Below are positions 29,801-39,085 of a stretch of DNA of 64,000 nucleotides, piece after piece. The stretch comes from Sporocytophaga myxococcoides (lineage in GTDB: Bacteria; Bacteroidota; Bacteroidia; Cytophagales; Cytophagaceae), in NCBI RefSeq assembly GCF_000775915.1, contig NZ_BBLT01000002.1, positions 716,384 to 780,383 of the forward strand, in the 5' to 3' direction. The translations under genes and the position numbers were made by a program. The notes under the pieces were generated by a model that was not told the origin of the DNA, did no database searches, and was given only the letters and a program-made list of their open reading frames with translations. Numbering within the stretch: position 1 is the stretch's first letter; every line of letters begins with the position of its first letter.

Positions 29801-29939
29801 CTTCTTTCAGGGTTGCGCCTCTTCTTCCATATCTGAAATTAACCAGAAATCCTCCTCCGGATTCGCAAAGGTCAATTTCATATACTTTGTCCGAGGTTCC
29901 TTCCTGAAAGTATAATTTTATTTGCTTTATCAGTTTCAA
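26880..29939 (-). CDS. WGR-domain protein with long HEAT/ARM-like helical repeat region (MolR/YehI-like)
   Basis: N-terminal …TSDKVYEIDLCESGGGFLVNFRYGRRGATLKEGTKT…KGY is a WGR domain. An ~850-aa helical region follows. Confidence 0.7.
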   Translation of the reverse strand: MKLIKQIKLYFQEGTSDKVYEIDLCESGGGFLVNFRYGRRGATLKEGTKTIFPVDLQEANKVFDALEKEKRSKGYSTEGEPMGIVSKPVQGAKDNDRRKKAILKILKNAVDGDQPENWPLSRVFWRAGELNIHEAIPLIQKLTDLSDNISVYSAIWTIGKCGNSNSASFLKSLQQNHDYPQHVNDIISEALFRISDPAERKTAGEYLLATLPEHIKKLLLVGNYSGLHIQLKELLFKTQSTSNEYLSSLYRLSHDNRELKRILSRIINNVPLTYNYFKHIRHIFKMAEMWEDYETFGIITKNIDKHSPGPYSDKGAFSSKTKRYLSARVVRSLKRLGEVKSSSYKEMACGVLLAFDDSKDSKPSYHRSTYTYVYNKQTKRHDVIETKTYFEANAIYKAYNFILFQNSPRYSLGPSGWQCIEPYIPGNEAPLQREEAFPELWDTAANEVIKLLSCSRSLQVHEFALKVFKANPEFANQLTTENIVDILNAAFEITRKVGLEEAMKAYNSANPDTQLLIGMLQSPLEEASIQALQWIEEQKQVFISNSEFVTELIFLRNSFIQTKVRSLLISANIPDQQAEIVIGKILATIIQTEVRSEEDKLFISHTGQTMLDIFGNQLDFIGTDIIKDLLQHFSPEVHAIAGSILVHKKLNPELIPSELLQALLKSENEKARTAGIELLGRFPETSLIEKKELLISFCLSPLPDVRNAVKPIIANLTKAYPAFGNELIDLFVPAFLMKETYEGVHHDLLNLLITELSGSLSYINKNQGLLLLHSKFKSAQLLGAALLKMTIREEELSISEIVKISGNPNEEIRKYAWNYYNNNHLRIKENKEEALRIVDSDWEDTRNFAFDYFRNTFKQEDWSAENLIALCDSTRETVQNFGKEMITKSFKIEDGEEYLLKLSQHPDTRLQLFTSSYLETYAGDKPDVIEKLKLYFVTLLSQVNKGKVAKLRALDFLKKEAMKNETVAQTASEILNRASGSMAISEKAGCIDILRDIRKKYPSLHNFVKVVDYSEYVKK

Positions 29940-30261
29940 ACAAATTAGAATTAAAAGTTTTCTGATTAAAAATCAATATCATTCAAAATATGAAGTGACA
30001 AAGTAGTTAATATGTATAGCAATTTCCAATAAATAGCAATTTTTTCGTTTGGAAGTAAGTTATAAAGTTGGAATCGACGTTGTTAAAGAAGTTTAAGTTA
30101 GGAAAAATGAACCGTTTATTTTTTCTTGAAAAAATTTAAATTTTATAGTTCTTTTTGTATATATTTGATTATCATTTTTAGTTGAGGTAAGAATAACTTT
30201 TAACCATTTATATATTAACCTTTTTGTCATATAATCGTAATCAAAATACAATTCTGAATCA

Positions 30262-30897
30262 ATGAATGAGTTATTAACTGAATCTTTTAAAAATTCAAAT
30301 TTACCAGTTACAATTTTACTTCTTCTGGTATTGTTTTACTGGGTTATAAACCTGATTGGGATATTTGATCTGGAAATGTTGAGTGGGGATGCAGAACTGG
30401 ATAAGGGACATGTTGAAGTTGAAACTGATTCTGATTCAATATTAGGAAAAACCTTTGATTTCGGAGATCTTCCAATTGCCATTGTGATCAGTTTTTTTGT
30501 ACTCTTTTTCTGGATGATTACAATATTGACAAATTATTATCTGGGAAATTCTTCCTTATTTTTTGCCTTGATTATATATCTTCCTGCAATCATCGGGTCT
30601 TTTATTGTAACGCGCATCATCTCGATTCCGCTCGCGAAAATATATAGTTTGCTGAAGTTAAATACAGAAGAGGCAGAAACCGTTAGTGATTATACCGGTG
30701 CTATCTGTATGGTTTTTGTGGAAGCTACTTCGGAAAGAAATGGTCAGGGTGAGATCAATAGAAATGGAGATCCTATCAGGGTTAATATCAGGACCTATCC
30801 TGGTAAACAGATGTTAAAGGGGAGCTCAGCACTTTTAATTGAATATATCAAAGGTGGTGATTACTATATCGCTGAGCCATACGATTCCGAAAGATAA
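30262..30897 (+). CDS. NfeD-like membrane protein (short NfeD/YuaF type) preceding flotillin
   Basis: 2-3 N-terminal TM helices and a C-terminal beta-rich soluble domain (…GAICMVFVEATSERNGQGEIN…IRVNIRTYPGKQ…) consistent with an NfeD OB-fold. It sits 46 bp upstream of a flotillin gene. Confidence 0.5.
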   Translation: MNELLTESFKNSNLPVTILLLLVLFYWVINLIGIFDLEMLSGDAELDKGHVEVETDSDSILGKTFDFGDLPIAIVISFFVLFFWMITILTNYYLGNSSLFFALIIYLPAIIGSFIVTRIISIPLAKIYSLLKLNTEEAETVSDYTGAICMVFVEATSERNGQGEINRNGDPIRVNIRTYPGKQMLKGSSALLIEYIKGGDYYIAEPYDSER

Positions 30898-30943
30898 ACT
30901 AATACTAAACACATATTAACAACTCTTATAAATCTTAAATCCA

Positions 30944-33058
30944 ATGTTAGAGAATGTATTAATGACGACAATTCTGATAGGAATTTTTTTCGTCGTGATG
31001 ATCCTTGTTCTGTTAGTAAAATGGTATAAGAAAGTACCGCAAGGAAAGGCCATAGTACGAACAGGCGCAGGAGGAACAAAGGTTACATTTACCGCTATGT
31101 TCGTGATTCCGGTTCTTCATAAAATGGAGATTATGGATATTTCTTTGAAAACGCTTCATATTAAAAGAATTGGAAAAGACGGACTTATTTGTCAGGATAA
31201 CATTCGTGCAGACATAGAAGTGGCTTTTTTTGTAAGAGTTAATAAAGGTGTAGAAGATGTTGTAAAGGTTGCTCAGACAATTGGTTGCGAGCGTGCTTCC
31301 CACAAGGAAACCCTTGTTTCTATTTTTGATTCAAAATTTTCAGAGGCACTAAAAACAGTAGGCAGAAGATTTGATTTTGTTTCGCTTTATTCCGATAGAG
31401 ATAAATTCAAAAAAGAAATACTAGATATCATCGGAACTGATCTTAACGGTTATCATCTTGATGATTGTGCAATAGATTATCTTGAGCAGACACCGCTTGA
31501 GTTTATGAAGACCGATAATATCCTTGACTCACAAGGTATCAAGAAAATTACCGAGATCACTGCTCAGCAAAAAATTCTTGCAAATGAAATCAAAAGAAAT
31601 GAAGAGAAGGTACTTCGTAAGCAGGATGTAGAAGCCAAGGAAGCTATTTTAGAGCTTAACCGTCAGCTTGCTGAAACAGAAGAAAGGCAGCAAAGAGAAA
31701 TTGCTATCATTCGTGCAAGAGAAAAAGCTGAAGCTGAAAAGGTAATGTCAGAAGAGAAACTAAAATCTGAACTGGCAAGAATAAAATCAGAAGAAGGTAT
31801 TCAGGTTGCAGAGGAAAATAAACAGAGGCAAATTATTGTGGCTTCTAAGAGCAAAGAGAGAACCGATGCAGTGGAAACACAACGTGTGGAGAAAGATAAA
31901 TTACTTGAAGCAAACGAAAAAGAAAGAGTTGTTGCTCTGGCAATAATCGAAAAGGATAAAGCTCTTGAGGAAGAAAAGAAAAACATTCAGGATGTGATCA
32001 GAGAGCGCGTAATGGTTGAAAAAACGGTTGTTACTGAAGAGGAAAAGATAAAGGATGCAAAAGCATTTGCTGAAGCAAACAGAAATAAGGAAGTAGCAAT
32101 TACGAATGCGACAACTCAAGCGGAAGAGTTGAAGGTGAAAGAAATTAAAATGGCAGAAGCAATGAAAGCAGCTGCTGAGATCAAAGCATTGCAGTTAATG
32201 TTGGAAGCAGAAGCTGCACAAAAAGCATCTGCAAGTCAGGCAGACGCCAGAAGAACAATTGCAGAGGTAACAATACTTGAGGAATCAACGAAAGGGTTGG
32301 CTGAAGCTCAGGTGATCGAAGCTAAAGCGAAAGCCCAGGAAAAACAAGGGACTACAGAGGCCCTGGTTTTTGAGAAAAAATCTGTTGCAGAAGCGAAAGG
32401 CATAGAAGCGAAAGCAACCGCAGAGGCAAAAGGTATTGAAGCCAAAGCTGCTGCTGATGAGAAAAAGGGTACAATGGAAGCTACAGTTTTACACAAGAAG
32501 ATGGAAGCAGAAGCTCAGGGTATCACTCAGAAAGCCGATGCTATGAAGAAACTGGATGGGGTTGGTAAAGATCACGAAGAATTTAAACTTAAACTGGATA
32601 AAGAGAAATCTATCGAGCTTGCTGAAATCAACATTCAAAAAGATATTGCCGAAGCCCAGGCTAAAGTTATCTCTGAAGCATTGAAGGCTTCTAAGATAGA
32701 GATTGTTGGTGGCGAAACAATGTTCTTTGATAAAATCGTTGGTTCAATCACAAAAGGAAAGTCACTTGATAAGATGGTGGACAATAGTAAGCTTCTTACG
32801 GATATCAAAGGATCCTTTTTAGGTGATGGAAATGAAAACTTACTTGAAAGAATACAGGATCTGTTAGGTAAGCATAAGCTTTCTACCGAAGATATCAAGA
32901 ACCTGTCTATATCTGCTCTGATATTAAAATTAAGTTCAGGAACTGTTGATAATGCCCTTAAAAATACACTTGCTTCTGTATTGAATGAGGCAAGGGATCT
33001 GGGAATTGCAAACCAGACGCTTGAGAACCTTGGAATAAAGATTAAAACAAAAGAATAA
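30944..33058 (+). CDS. flotillin-family SPFH/band-7 protein with long Glu/Ala/Lys-rich coiled-coil region
   Basis: N-terminal TM, then …VRTGAGGTKVTF…IPVLHKMEIMDISLKTLHI… (SPFH), then a ~400-aa EA-repeat region including AKGIEAKATAEAKGIEAKAAADEKKG repeats. Confidence 0.85.
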   Translation: MLENVLMTTILIGIFFVVMILVLLVKWYKKVPQGKAIVRTGAGGTKVTFTAMFVIPVLHKMEIMDISLKTLHIKRIGKDGLICQDNIRADIEVAFFVRVNKGVEDVVKVAQTIGCERASHKETLVSIFDSKFSEALKTVGRRFDFVSLYSDRDKFKKEILDIIGTDLNGYHLDDCAIDYLEQTPLEFMKTDNILDSQGIKKITEITAQQKILANEIKRNEEKVLRKQDVEAKEAILELNRQLAETEERQQREIAIIRAREKAEAEKVMSEEKLKSELARIKSEEGIQVAEENKQRQIIVASKSKERTDAVETQRVEKDKLLEANEKERVVALAIIEKDKALEEEKKNIQDVIRERVMVEKTVVTEEEKIKDAKAFAEANRNKEVAITNATTQAEELKVKEIKMAEAMKAAAEIKALQLMLEAEAAQKASASQADARRTIAEVTILEESTKGLAEAQVIEAKAKAQEKQGTTEALVFEKKSVAEAKGIEAKATAEAKGIEAKAAADEKKGTMEATVLHKKMEAEAQGITQKADAMKKLDGVGKDHEEFKLKLDKEKSIELAEINIQKDIAEAQAKVISEALKASKIEIVGGETMFFDKIVGSITKGKSLDKMVDNSKLLTDIKGSFLGDGNENLLERIQDLLGKHKLSTEDIKNLSISALILKLSSGTVDNALKNTLASVLNEARDLGIANQTLENLGIKIKTKE

Positions 33059-33082
33059 CACGTCAAGATTTATTAAGTAATC

Positions 33083-36000
33083 ATGGCAGAAGTTAAACCT
33101 GAGAATACTTCAGATTCTAAAGCAGTGCAACTTGATTCCGGTACTTATGAAGTTTTGCGAAGCAGACTTGATAAGTCAGGCAAGGACCTAAGGGAAAGAC
33201 TGGGGAAACTTAACGAAGACAGAAAGAATGTATTCGGCGCTATAGAGCAAAAGCTCGTAGCAACAGCAAGGATTACCACGGAAAATAATTGTGTACCCAG
33301 AGATATGGTTTCTCTGGGTACTTATCTTTTATTCGGATACAACGTCCATATTGGATTAAGATCAGAAACCGTTCTAACGGATGTATTCAGCATCTATCAG
33401 TATAAAGACCATTCATTTGTTCATGCTGGGCTTAATAAAATCCAGACTGAACTTTTTGAATCGGATTTTAAAGAACTTTATAAGTATTACAAAAGTACTT
33501 CCTTTGAAAAGTTTGCAATTATTGGTCCTTATATGTACATGATCTTCCGCGTCGGAAAAGGCGCGAAGGACATTAAGACATTTAAATGGCTCATAAGTGG
33601 CGAGGAGTTGAAATATGAAGGAAACAGAAGCGAACATGAATATAAGTTTCCTCCTCAATATGGATTCGAATGGGAGCGCACATCAAGGGATTATCACAGA
33701 AAGGGTAAGCACCCTCATGTATCCGTACTTGACAAAGTCTTCATAGAAACGATAGGGGGGGATTTAACAGTTAAGATTGAAGACAATACTGAAGACGGGG
33801 AAGGTATCTACTCCGAACCTGTTGAAGATAAAGATCAGAGACTGGATGATGCAGAGATGTATTATGCAGATCTGGGAAATATCATTCTGCTGAAGATAAA
33901 ACCTTTTAAAGAGGACCAATTCAGATATATAGTCTATAACGATAAAATTAAGAAGGCACAGAGGATTGACGCAATAAAGGATTCCTGTGTTTTGCTTCCT
34001 GAAAGCCACGGAATTATTTTTTCGAAGGGATATTATCTCCAGACTGGAGAGTTTAAACTTTTTGATAACGACCTTCAGGGACTTAGGTTTGAAAAGAGAA
34101 TTCAGTCTCCTAATGGGGAAGATTATTTATATGTGTTTTATAATGACGAGCATGGTGCATATATTCTGCTTCCATATAATCTTATAGAACAAAAGGTTGA
34201 CAACCTTATTCTTTGTCATGGTTACTCTATATTTGACAATGGAGAGCTGATCTATTTTAACGATCAGAATGAACCTTCAAAACATCATACCATTCAGATA
34301 TGGAGTTCTGCTTATTTCAGCAGTACCTATATTCCTCCGATAGTTCCAGATTCTTATTTGTATAAAATCGGAAACAAGGACATCGTCCGTTGTATGGCCG
34401 AATGTTCGGAAGTGCTCGGCCTCCTTTCCAAAAACGACGAAGCTTATTCAAATTTATATCTAGATATTGTCAAGATCAGCACGGACCTGCTTGATTCTTA
34501 TTATTGGATCAGGGAAGAGGCTACATTCAACCTGGCTCAGCCTGTTGCAGAAATTAAATCAACAGCTGCTGCTACCATTGAGGAATTTGAAAAGGTAGTC
34601 AGGATAAAAAGGAATACATTAGATCAGGTTAAAAAACAATCAGACCGGGCAAAAGCTATTCTTGATCAGATAAAGCGCGACAGGTTTGAAGACATCAATA
34701 CTTTTGTAAATATTCTTTCTGAGTTAAGGTCATTGAGAGGGGATATTATTTCTCTGAAAGAACTCAGGTATGTCGATCTTATTGCTGTCAGCGATCTTGA
34801 AATGAACATATCGGATGAAACGGAAAAGCTTTCGGCAAAGTGCGTTGAGTTCCTCTTGCAGGAAAAGGCTTTGCTTCCTTACCATGAAAGGGTAACTTTT
34901 TTAAATGCTGCTGCCGAAAAGGTAACGAAGGTTACCGAAGCGAATAAGACTGAAGAGGAGATCGCTCAGGTCAGTAATGAGCTTGAAATGCTGATTCAGA
35001 TTGTCAGCAACCTGAAGATTGAAGATGCAACTCAGACGACCAAAATCATAGATACGATTTCTCTCATTTTTTCTGAGATCAATAAATTAAAGGCTTCTCT
35101 TAAAAACAGAAAACTGGAGTTAAGGAGATCTGAAAGTGAAGCGGAATTTAATTCTCAGATAAAACTATTGGATCAGTCCATAGTAAACTATCTGGATTTA
35201 AGTTCTACGCCTGAGAAATGTGAAGAGTTTCTTTCTAAGCTTATGATACAGCTGGAAGAACTGGAAGCTAAATTTCCCGACTTCGATGGTTTTATCAAAA
35301 TAGTTTCTGAAAAAAGAGAAGAGCTTTACGGAGCCTTTGAAAACCGTAAGCTGTCTTTAATAGAAGCTCGTAACAACAGGGCCAACGCCCTCATGAGCGC
35401 TGCGGAGCGTATCTTGTCCGGAGCAAAAAACAGAGTGGCTACTTTCGATACAGCTGCTGAGATCAATGGCTATTTTGCCTCTGATTTGATGATGGACAAA
35501 CTCAGGGATATTGTAAAGCAGTTAAATGATCTAAGTGATACTATAAAGGCGGATGACATTCAGGGCCGTATGAAAAACCTCCGTGAAACAACACTGAGAC
35601 AATTGAAGGATAAGAAAGAGTTGTTTGTCGGAGGTGCTAATGTTGTAAAATTCGGAAATTATAATTTTTCTGTAAACACACAGGCTCTAGAGCTTGCAAT
35701 GGTGAACAGGCACGAAGAAATGTTTTTTCATATCACCGGCACAAGCTTCTTTGAAAAAGTAACAGATCCTGAATTCCTCAATACCAAGTCTTTCTGGAAT
35801 CAACACCTGATATCTGAAAACGACTATGTTTACAGAGGAGAATACCTGGCTTGGCTTCTTTTTAATGAAGGTCAGGTAAACTCTAAATATGATAAAGAAA
35901 ATTTAGTTAAGCTGGACGAGCCTTCTCTTACTGTCGTAGTTCAGGAATTCATATCCAACAGATATTCCGAAGGGTATGTCAAAGGAGTGAATGACAGGGA

Positions 36001-37990
36001 TGCTGCTTTGATACTTAAAGCGCTGCTCCACATTGAAGGTGGCCTTGATTTACTCAAATATGCTTCTGAGGCAAGGGCATGTGCAAGATTTTACTGGTTG
36101 CATGTTCTTGATGAAAACGCAAGAAGAAGCTTTGATTTAAGATTAAAAGGAATAGGAAGCATTCTTAAAATTTTCCCGGGAAAAAATACACATCAAGAGA
36201 TCATCAGTCTTCTTAAAACAGGGATACAAAAGTTTATAGAACAGACTCGTTTTTTTGAAGCAGAAATTGCTGCTGAAGCAGCGGATTACCTGTTTGATGA
36301 GATGGTAAGAGGGAATGTATTTGTCATTAGTCATGAGGCTCTGGAGCTAACAAAGGCTTTTAATGCATTCCTGAAGAAGAAGAAATATGAAGAGGAATGT
36401 ATTGCATCGGTACAAAATCTTGACGGCAATCCTGTTAATCAGTTTGACCTGACAAGAAACTGGCTGAAAGCATTTATTGATAGCGAAAAATCTGCCAGTC
36501 ATGAGTTTGTGGATGAAGCAGCTGTCATACTATTGTCAGGCATCGATAATTGTAAGGAAATCATTGCTAAATCTGAAGTTGTATTGGAGGGATTATCCGG
36601 AAGTCACAGCTTGATTCAGAAAGGTAACTATCTGTTTCATTTTAATAAATTCGTAAAGAAATTATCACGCTACCAAAGAGAAGTTGTTGCGGGTTATTCA
36701 GCTTATGTGAAGAAGAAAAGCGCATTAACGGAAAGCTTTAGAGCTGACTTGCGCCTTGAAGAATATAAAACAAATGTGCTAAGTTCATTCGTGCGTAATA
36801 AGCTGATTGATGATGTCTATCTTCCTTTAATAGGTGCAAACCTTGCAAAACAGATAGGAGTGGTGGGAGAGAACAAACGTACTGATCAGATGGGAATGTT
36901 GCTTCTGATATCTCCGCCCGGCTATGGTAAAACCACTTTGATGGAATATGTTGCTAACAGGCTGGGATTGATCTTTATGAAGATCAATGGTCCGGCTATA
37001 GGACATAAGATCACTTCAGTGGATCCATCGGAAGCACAGAATGGCGCTGCAAGGGAGGAGCTGGAAAAACTGAATCTCGCATTTGAGATGGGCGATAATG
37101 TCATGATTTATCTGGATGATATTCAGCATTGCAATCCTGAGTTTCTTCAAAAGTTTATTTCTCTTTGTGATGCACAAAGGAAGATCGAAGGTATCTATAA
37201 AGGGAAGTCCAAAACATATGATTTCCGTGGAAAGAAAGTCTGCGTGGTAATGGCAGGAAACCCTTATACAGAAAGCGGTGAAAAATTCAGAATACCTGAT
37301 ATGCTTTCCAACAGGGCAGATACCTATAATCTTGGAGATATCATAGGTGACAAAGCAGATGTGTTTAAGTTAAGTTATATAGAAAACTGCCTGACCTCAA
37401 ACACGATTACTTCAAAGGTTGCCAATAAAAGTCTTAAAGACATTTACTCTTTTGTTAAAATTGCCGAAACCGGTGATAGCTCGGGTCTTGATTTTGAAGT
37501 ATCCTACGCTGCTGAAGAAACTAATGAGATCGTATCTGTTATTCAGAAGTTACTTTCAATCAGAGATGCTGTGCTTAGAGTTAATCAGGAATACATCCAT
37601 TCGGCCTCGCAGGCAGAAGAATTCAGAAATGAGCCGGTATTTAAGCTCCAAGGTTCTTACCGGAATATGAACAAGATGGCGGAGAAAGTTGTGCCAGTGA
37701 TGAATGATGAGGAATTAAAAATGCTTATCAATACCCATTACCAGAACGAAGCACAGACGTTGACTACAGGTGCTGAGGCTAATCTGCTGAAATTTAAAGA
37801 TATTACAGAAAGAATTACTCCTGAAGAGAAGGCAAGATGGGAAGAAATTAAGACGACCTTTAAGAAAAATCAACGCTTTAAGGGCATCGGAGATTCAGGT
37901 CAGATAACTCAACTGCTTACACAGCTTGCAGTGCTTGGAGAGGGTGTTGAAGGTATAAAAAATGCAATAGAGAAAAAGTCTTCCGAATAG
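33083..37990 (+). CDS. giant (1635 aa) protein with central coiled coil and C-terminal MoxR/AAA_5-type AAA+ ATPase domain
   Basis: Walker A LLISPPGYGKTTLMEY, Walker B VMIYLDDIQH, and sensor-1/Arg region VCVVMAGNPYTESGEKFRIPDMLSNRADTY of the MoxR/dynein-like type. 24 bp downstream of flotillin. Confidence 0.6.
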   Translation: MAEVKPENTSDSKAVQLDSGTYEVLRSRLDKSGKDLRERLGKLNEDRKNVFGAIEQKLVATARITTENNCVPRDMVSLGTYLLFGYNVHIGLRSETVLTDVFSIYQYKDHSFVHAGLNKIQTELFESDFKELYKYYKSTSFEKFAIIGPYMYMIFRVGKGAKDIKTFKWLISGEELKYEGNRSEHEYKFPPQYGFEWERTSRDYHRKGKHPHVSVLDKVFIETIGGDLTVKIEDNTEDGEGIYSEPVEDKDQRLDDAEMYYADLGNIILLKIKPFKEDQFRYIVYNDKIKKAQRIDAIKDSCVLLPESHGIIFSKGYYLQTGEFKLFDNDLQGLRFEKRIQSPNGEDYLYVFYNDEHGAYILLPYNLIEQKVDNLILCHGYSIFDNGELIYFNDQNEPSKHHTIQIWSSAYFSSTYIPPIVPDSYLYKIGNKDIVRCMAECSEVLGLLSKNDEAYSNLYLDIVKISTDLLDSYYWIREEATFNLAQPVAEIKSTAAATIEEFEKVVRIKRNTLDQVKKQSDRAKAILDQIKRDRFEDINTFVNILSELRSLRGDIISLKELRYVDLIAVSDLEMNISDETEKLSAKCVEFLLQEKALLPYHERVTFLNAAAEKVTKVTEANKTEEEIAQVSNELEMLIQIVSNLKIEDATQTTKIIDTISLIFSEINKLKASLKNRKLELRRSESEAEFNSQIKLLDQSIVNYLDLSSTPEKCEEFLSKLMIQLEELEAKFPDFDGFIKIVSEKREELYGAFENRKLSLIEARNNRANALMSAAERILSGAKNRVATFDTAAEINGYFASDLMMDKLRDIVKQLNDLSDTIKADDIQGRMKNLRETTLRQLKDKKELFVGGANVVKFGNYNFSVNTQALELAMVNRHEEMFFHITGTSFFEKVTDPEFLNTKSFWNQHLISENDYVYRGEYLAWLLFNEGQVNSKYDKENLVKLDEPSLTVVVQEFISNRYSEGYVKGVNDRDAALILKALLHIEGGLDLLKYASEARACARFYWLHVLDENARRSFDLRLKGIGSILKIFPGKNTHQEIISLLKTGIQKFIEQTRFFEAEIAAEAADYLFDEMVRGNVFVISHEALELTKAFNAFLKKKKYEEECIASVQNLDGNPVNQFDLTRNWLKAFIDSEKSASHEFVDEAAVILLSGIDNCKEIIAKSEVVLEGLSGSHSLIQKGNYLFHFNKFVKKLSRYQREVVAGYSAYVKKKSALTESFRADLRLEEYKTNVLSSFVRNKLIDDVYLPLIGANLAKQIGVVGENKRTDQMGMLLLISPPGYGKTTLMEYVANRLGLIFMKINGPAIGHKITSVDPSEAQNGAAREELEKLNLAFEMGDNVMIYLDDIQHCNPEFLQKFISLCDAQRKIEGIYKGKSKTYDFRGKKVCVVMAGNPYTESGEKFRIPDMLSNRADTYNLGDIIGDKADVFKLSYIENCLTSNTITSKVANKSLKDIYSFVKIAETGDSSGLDFEVSYAAEETNEIVSVIQKLLSIRDAVLRVNQEYIHSASQAEEFRNEPVFKLQGSYRNMNKMAEKVVPVMNDEELKMLINTHYQNEAQTLTTGAEANLLKFKDITERITPEEKARWEEIKTTFKKNQRFKGIGDSGQITQLLTQLAVLGEGVEGIKNAIEKKSSE

Positions 37991-38005
37991 GGGAAGACTT
38001 TTTTA
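37977..38005 (+). terminator. rho-independent terminator of the NfeD-flotillin-ATPase operon
   Basis: agtcttcc-gaatag-ggaagact followed by T7; overlaps the stop codon. Confidence 0.6.
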
Positions 38006-38066
38006 TAGGAATTTAAAAAAGAAAGATCAATTGAGATAACTAAAAAAGGCCTTTTTTACAGATAGT

Positions 38067-38498
38067 TTGATGGAGAATCATATACGAGAAGTCTATAATT
38101 GTATTTTAGAATTCGAAAAACATGTTGAGTTAACTGATCGAATATTTAAAAATCATTATAAGATTTTAGTTTCGCCATTTAAGGCTTTAAGGGAAAAATT
38201 AGTACCTAGGATGGGAACATTGAAGTATGAAGGAGGGGAAATTAGTTTTCGATTTCATGGGTATGGTTGCCAATTCAATTTCTCGGGTTTGATCATTGAT
38301 TATGATTATGGACAACCTCCTGATTTTAACTACGAAGGTTTTGATTCATGGAAGTTATTTCAGTTTATACTATCACAGAAAAAGTATGAGAATTTGAAAG
38401 ATGAACCTCTATTTAATTCTATAATACTCGAAATGGATTCAAGAAAGATTATTGAAAAAGTCAATCCCCAATATCATACTTTTAAACTGGTAGAGTAG
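38067..38498 (+). CDS. hypothetical protein (143 aa)
   Basis: Clean ORF with no recognisable motif. Convergent with the PLD nuclease. Confidence 0.35.
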   Translation: MMENHIREVYNCILEFEKHVELTDRIFKNHYKILVSPFKALREKLVPRMGTLKYEGGEISFRFHGYGCQFNFSGLIIDYDYGQPPDFNYEGFDSWKLFQFILSQKKYENLKDEPLFNSIILEMDSRKIIEKVNPQYHTFKLVE

Positions 38499-38583
38499 TG
38501 ACCATTAAAACAAAATATTGATCATATGCTCTCTTAGTAAATAAAGGTGGAAATATAGCCGCTTTTACATGACTTTTTATTTC

Positions 38584-39021
38584 TCAATAATCCTCCATCT
38601 GCTCCCAGAGCTTATCAAACTCCCCTTTAAAATCTTTTACTATTCCCTTATCTGAAGTAAACACAATGTTTTCGTGATTGTATAAAGCCGCACTCCTTGT
38701 CCAGTTGTAACTGCCTGTAAGAGCTATTTTGTTATCTATAATAGCAAACTTGTGATGCATATGATAAGGAGACTTGTCAACCTTTATCTCAATGCCAGAT
38801 CTGTGCAGCTTATCGATATCCGACCCGTCATCATAACATTTGTCATTATCAGTAATTATTCTGATATCTATACCAAATTGGTGCCTTGCAATAATAACGT
38901 CCGTGATAAGGTCATCGCTGATGGTAAAGACACAAATTTTGATTGAAGAAACGGATTGATGGAGTTGTTCAATGATGGCCTGGCGACAATCTTCACCGGG
39001 ACTGAAAAATACTTTGTTCAT
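38584..39021 (-). CDS. PLD-family (Nuc-like) endonuclease, single HKD motif
   Basis: …HMHHKFAIIDNKIALTGSYNWT… is HxK(x4)D(x6)GSxN. 145 aa, typical of dimeric Nuc-type nucleases. Confidence 0.8.
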   Translation of the reverse strand: MNKVFFSPGEDCRQAIIEQLHQSVSSIKICVFTISDDLITDVIIARHQFGIDIRIITDNDKCYDDGSDIDKLHRSGIEIKVDKSPYHMHHKFAIIDNKIALTGSYNWTRSAALYNHENIVFTSDKGIVKDFKGEFDKLWEQMEDY

Positions 39022-39052
39022 AAGAATACAGCCTTAAGAGGCTGAAATTAAG

Positions 39053-39073
39053 AAGGCCACAGGTAGTGGCCTT
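39053..39073 (-). terminator. hairpin terminator after pspA
   Basis: aaggccac-aggta-gtggcctt 8-bp stem between the pspA stop and the nuclease start. Confidence 0.4.
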
Positions 39074-39085
39074 TATGTGATCGGA

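Noticed and set aside
31801-32496. Several Ser/Ala-rich minus-strand ORFs inside the flotillin EA-repeat region
   Set aside because: They are reverse-complement artefacts of the GAA/GCA-rich repeat coding sequence.
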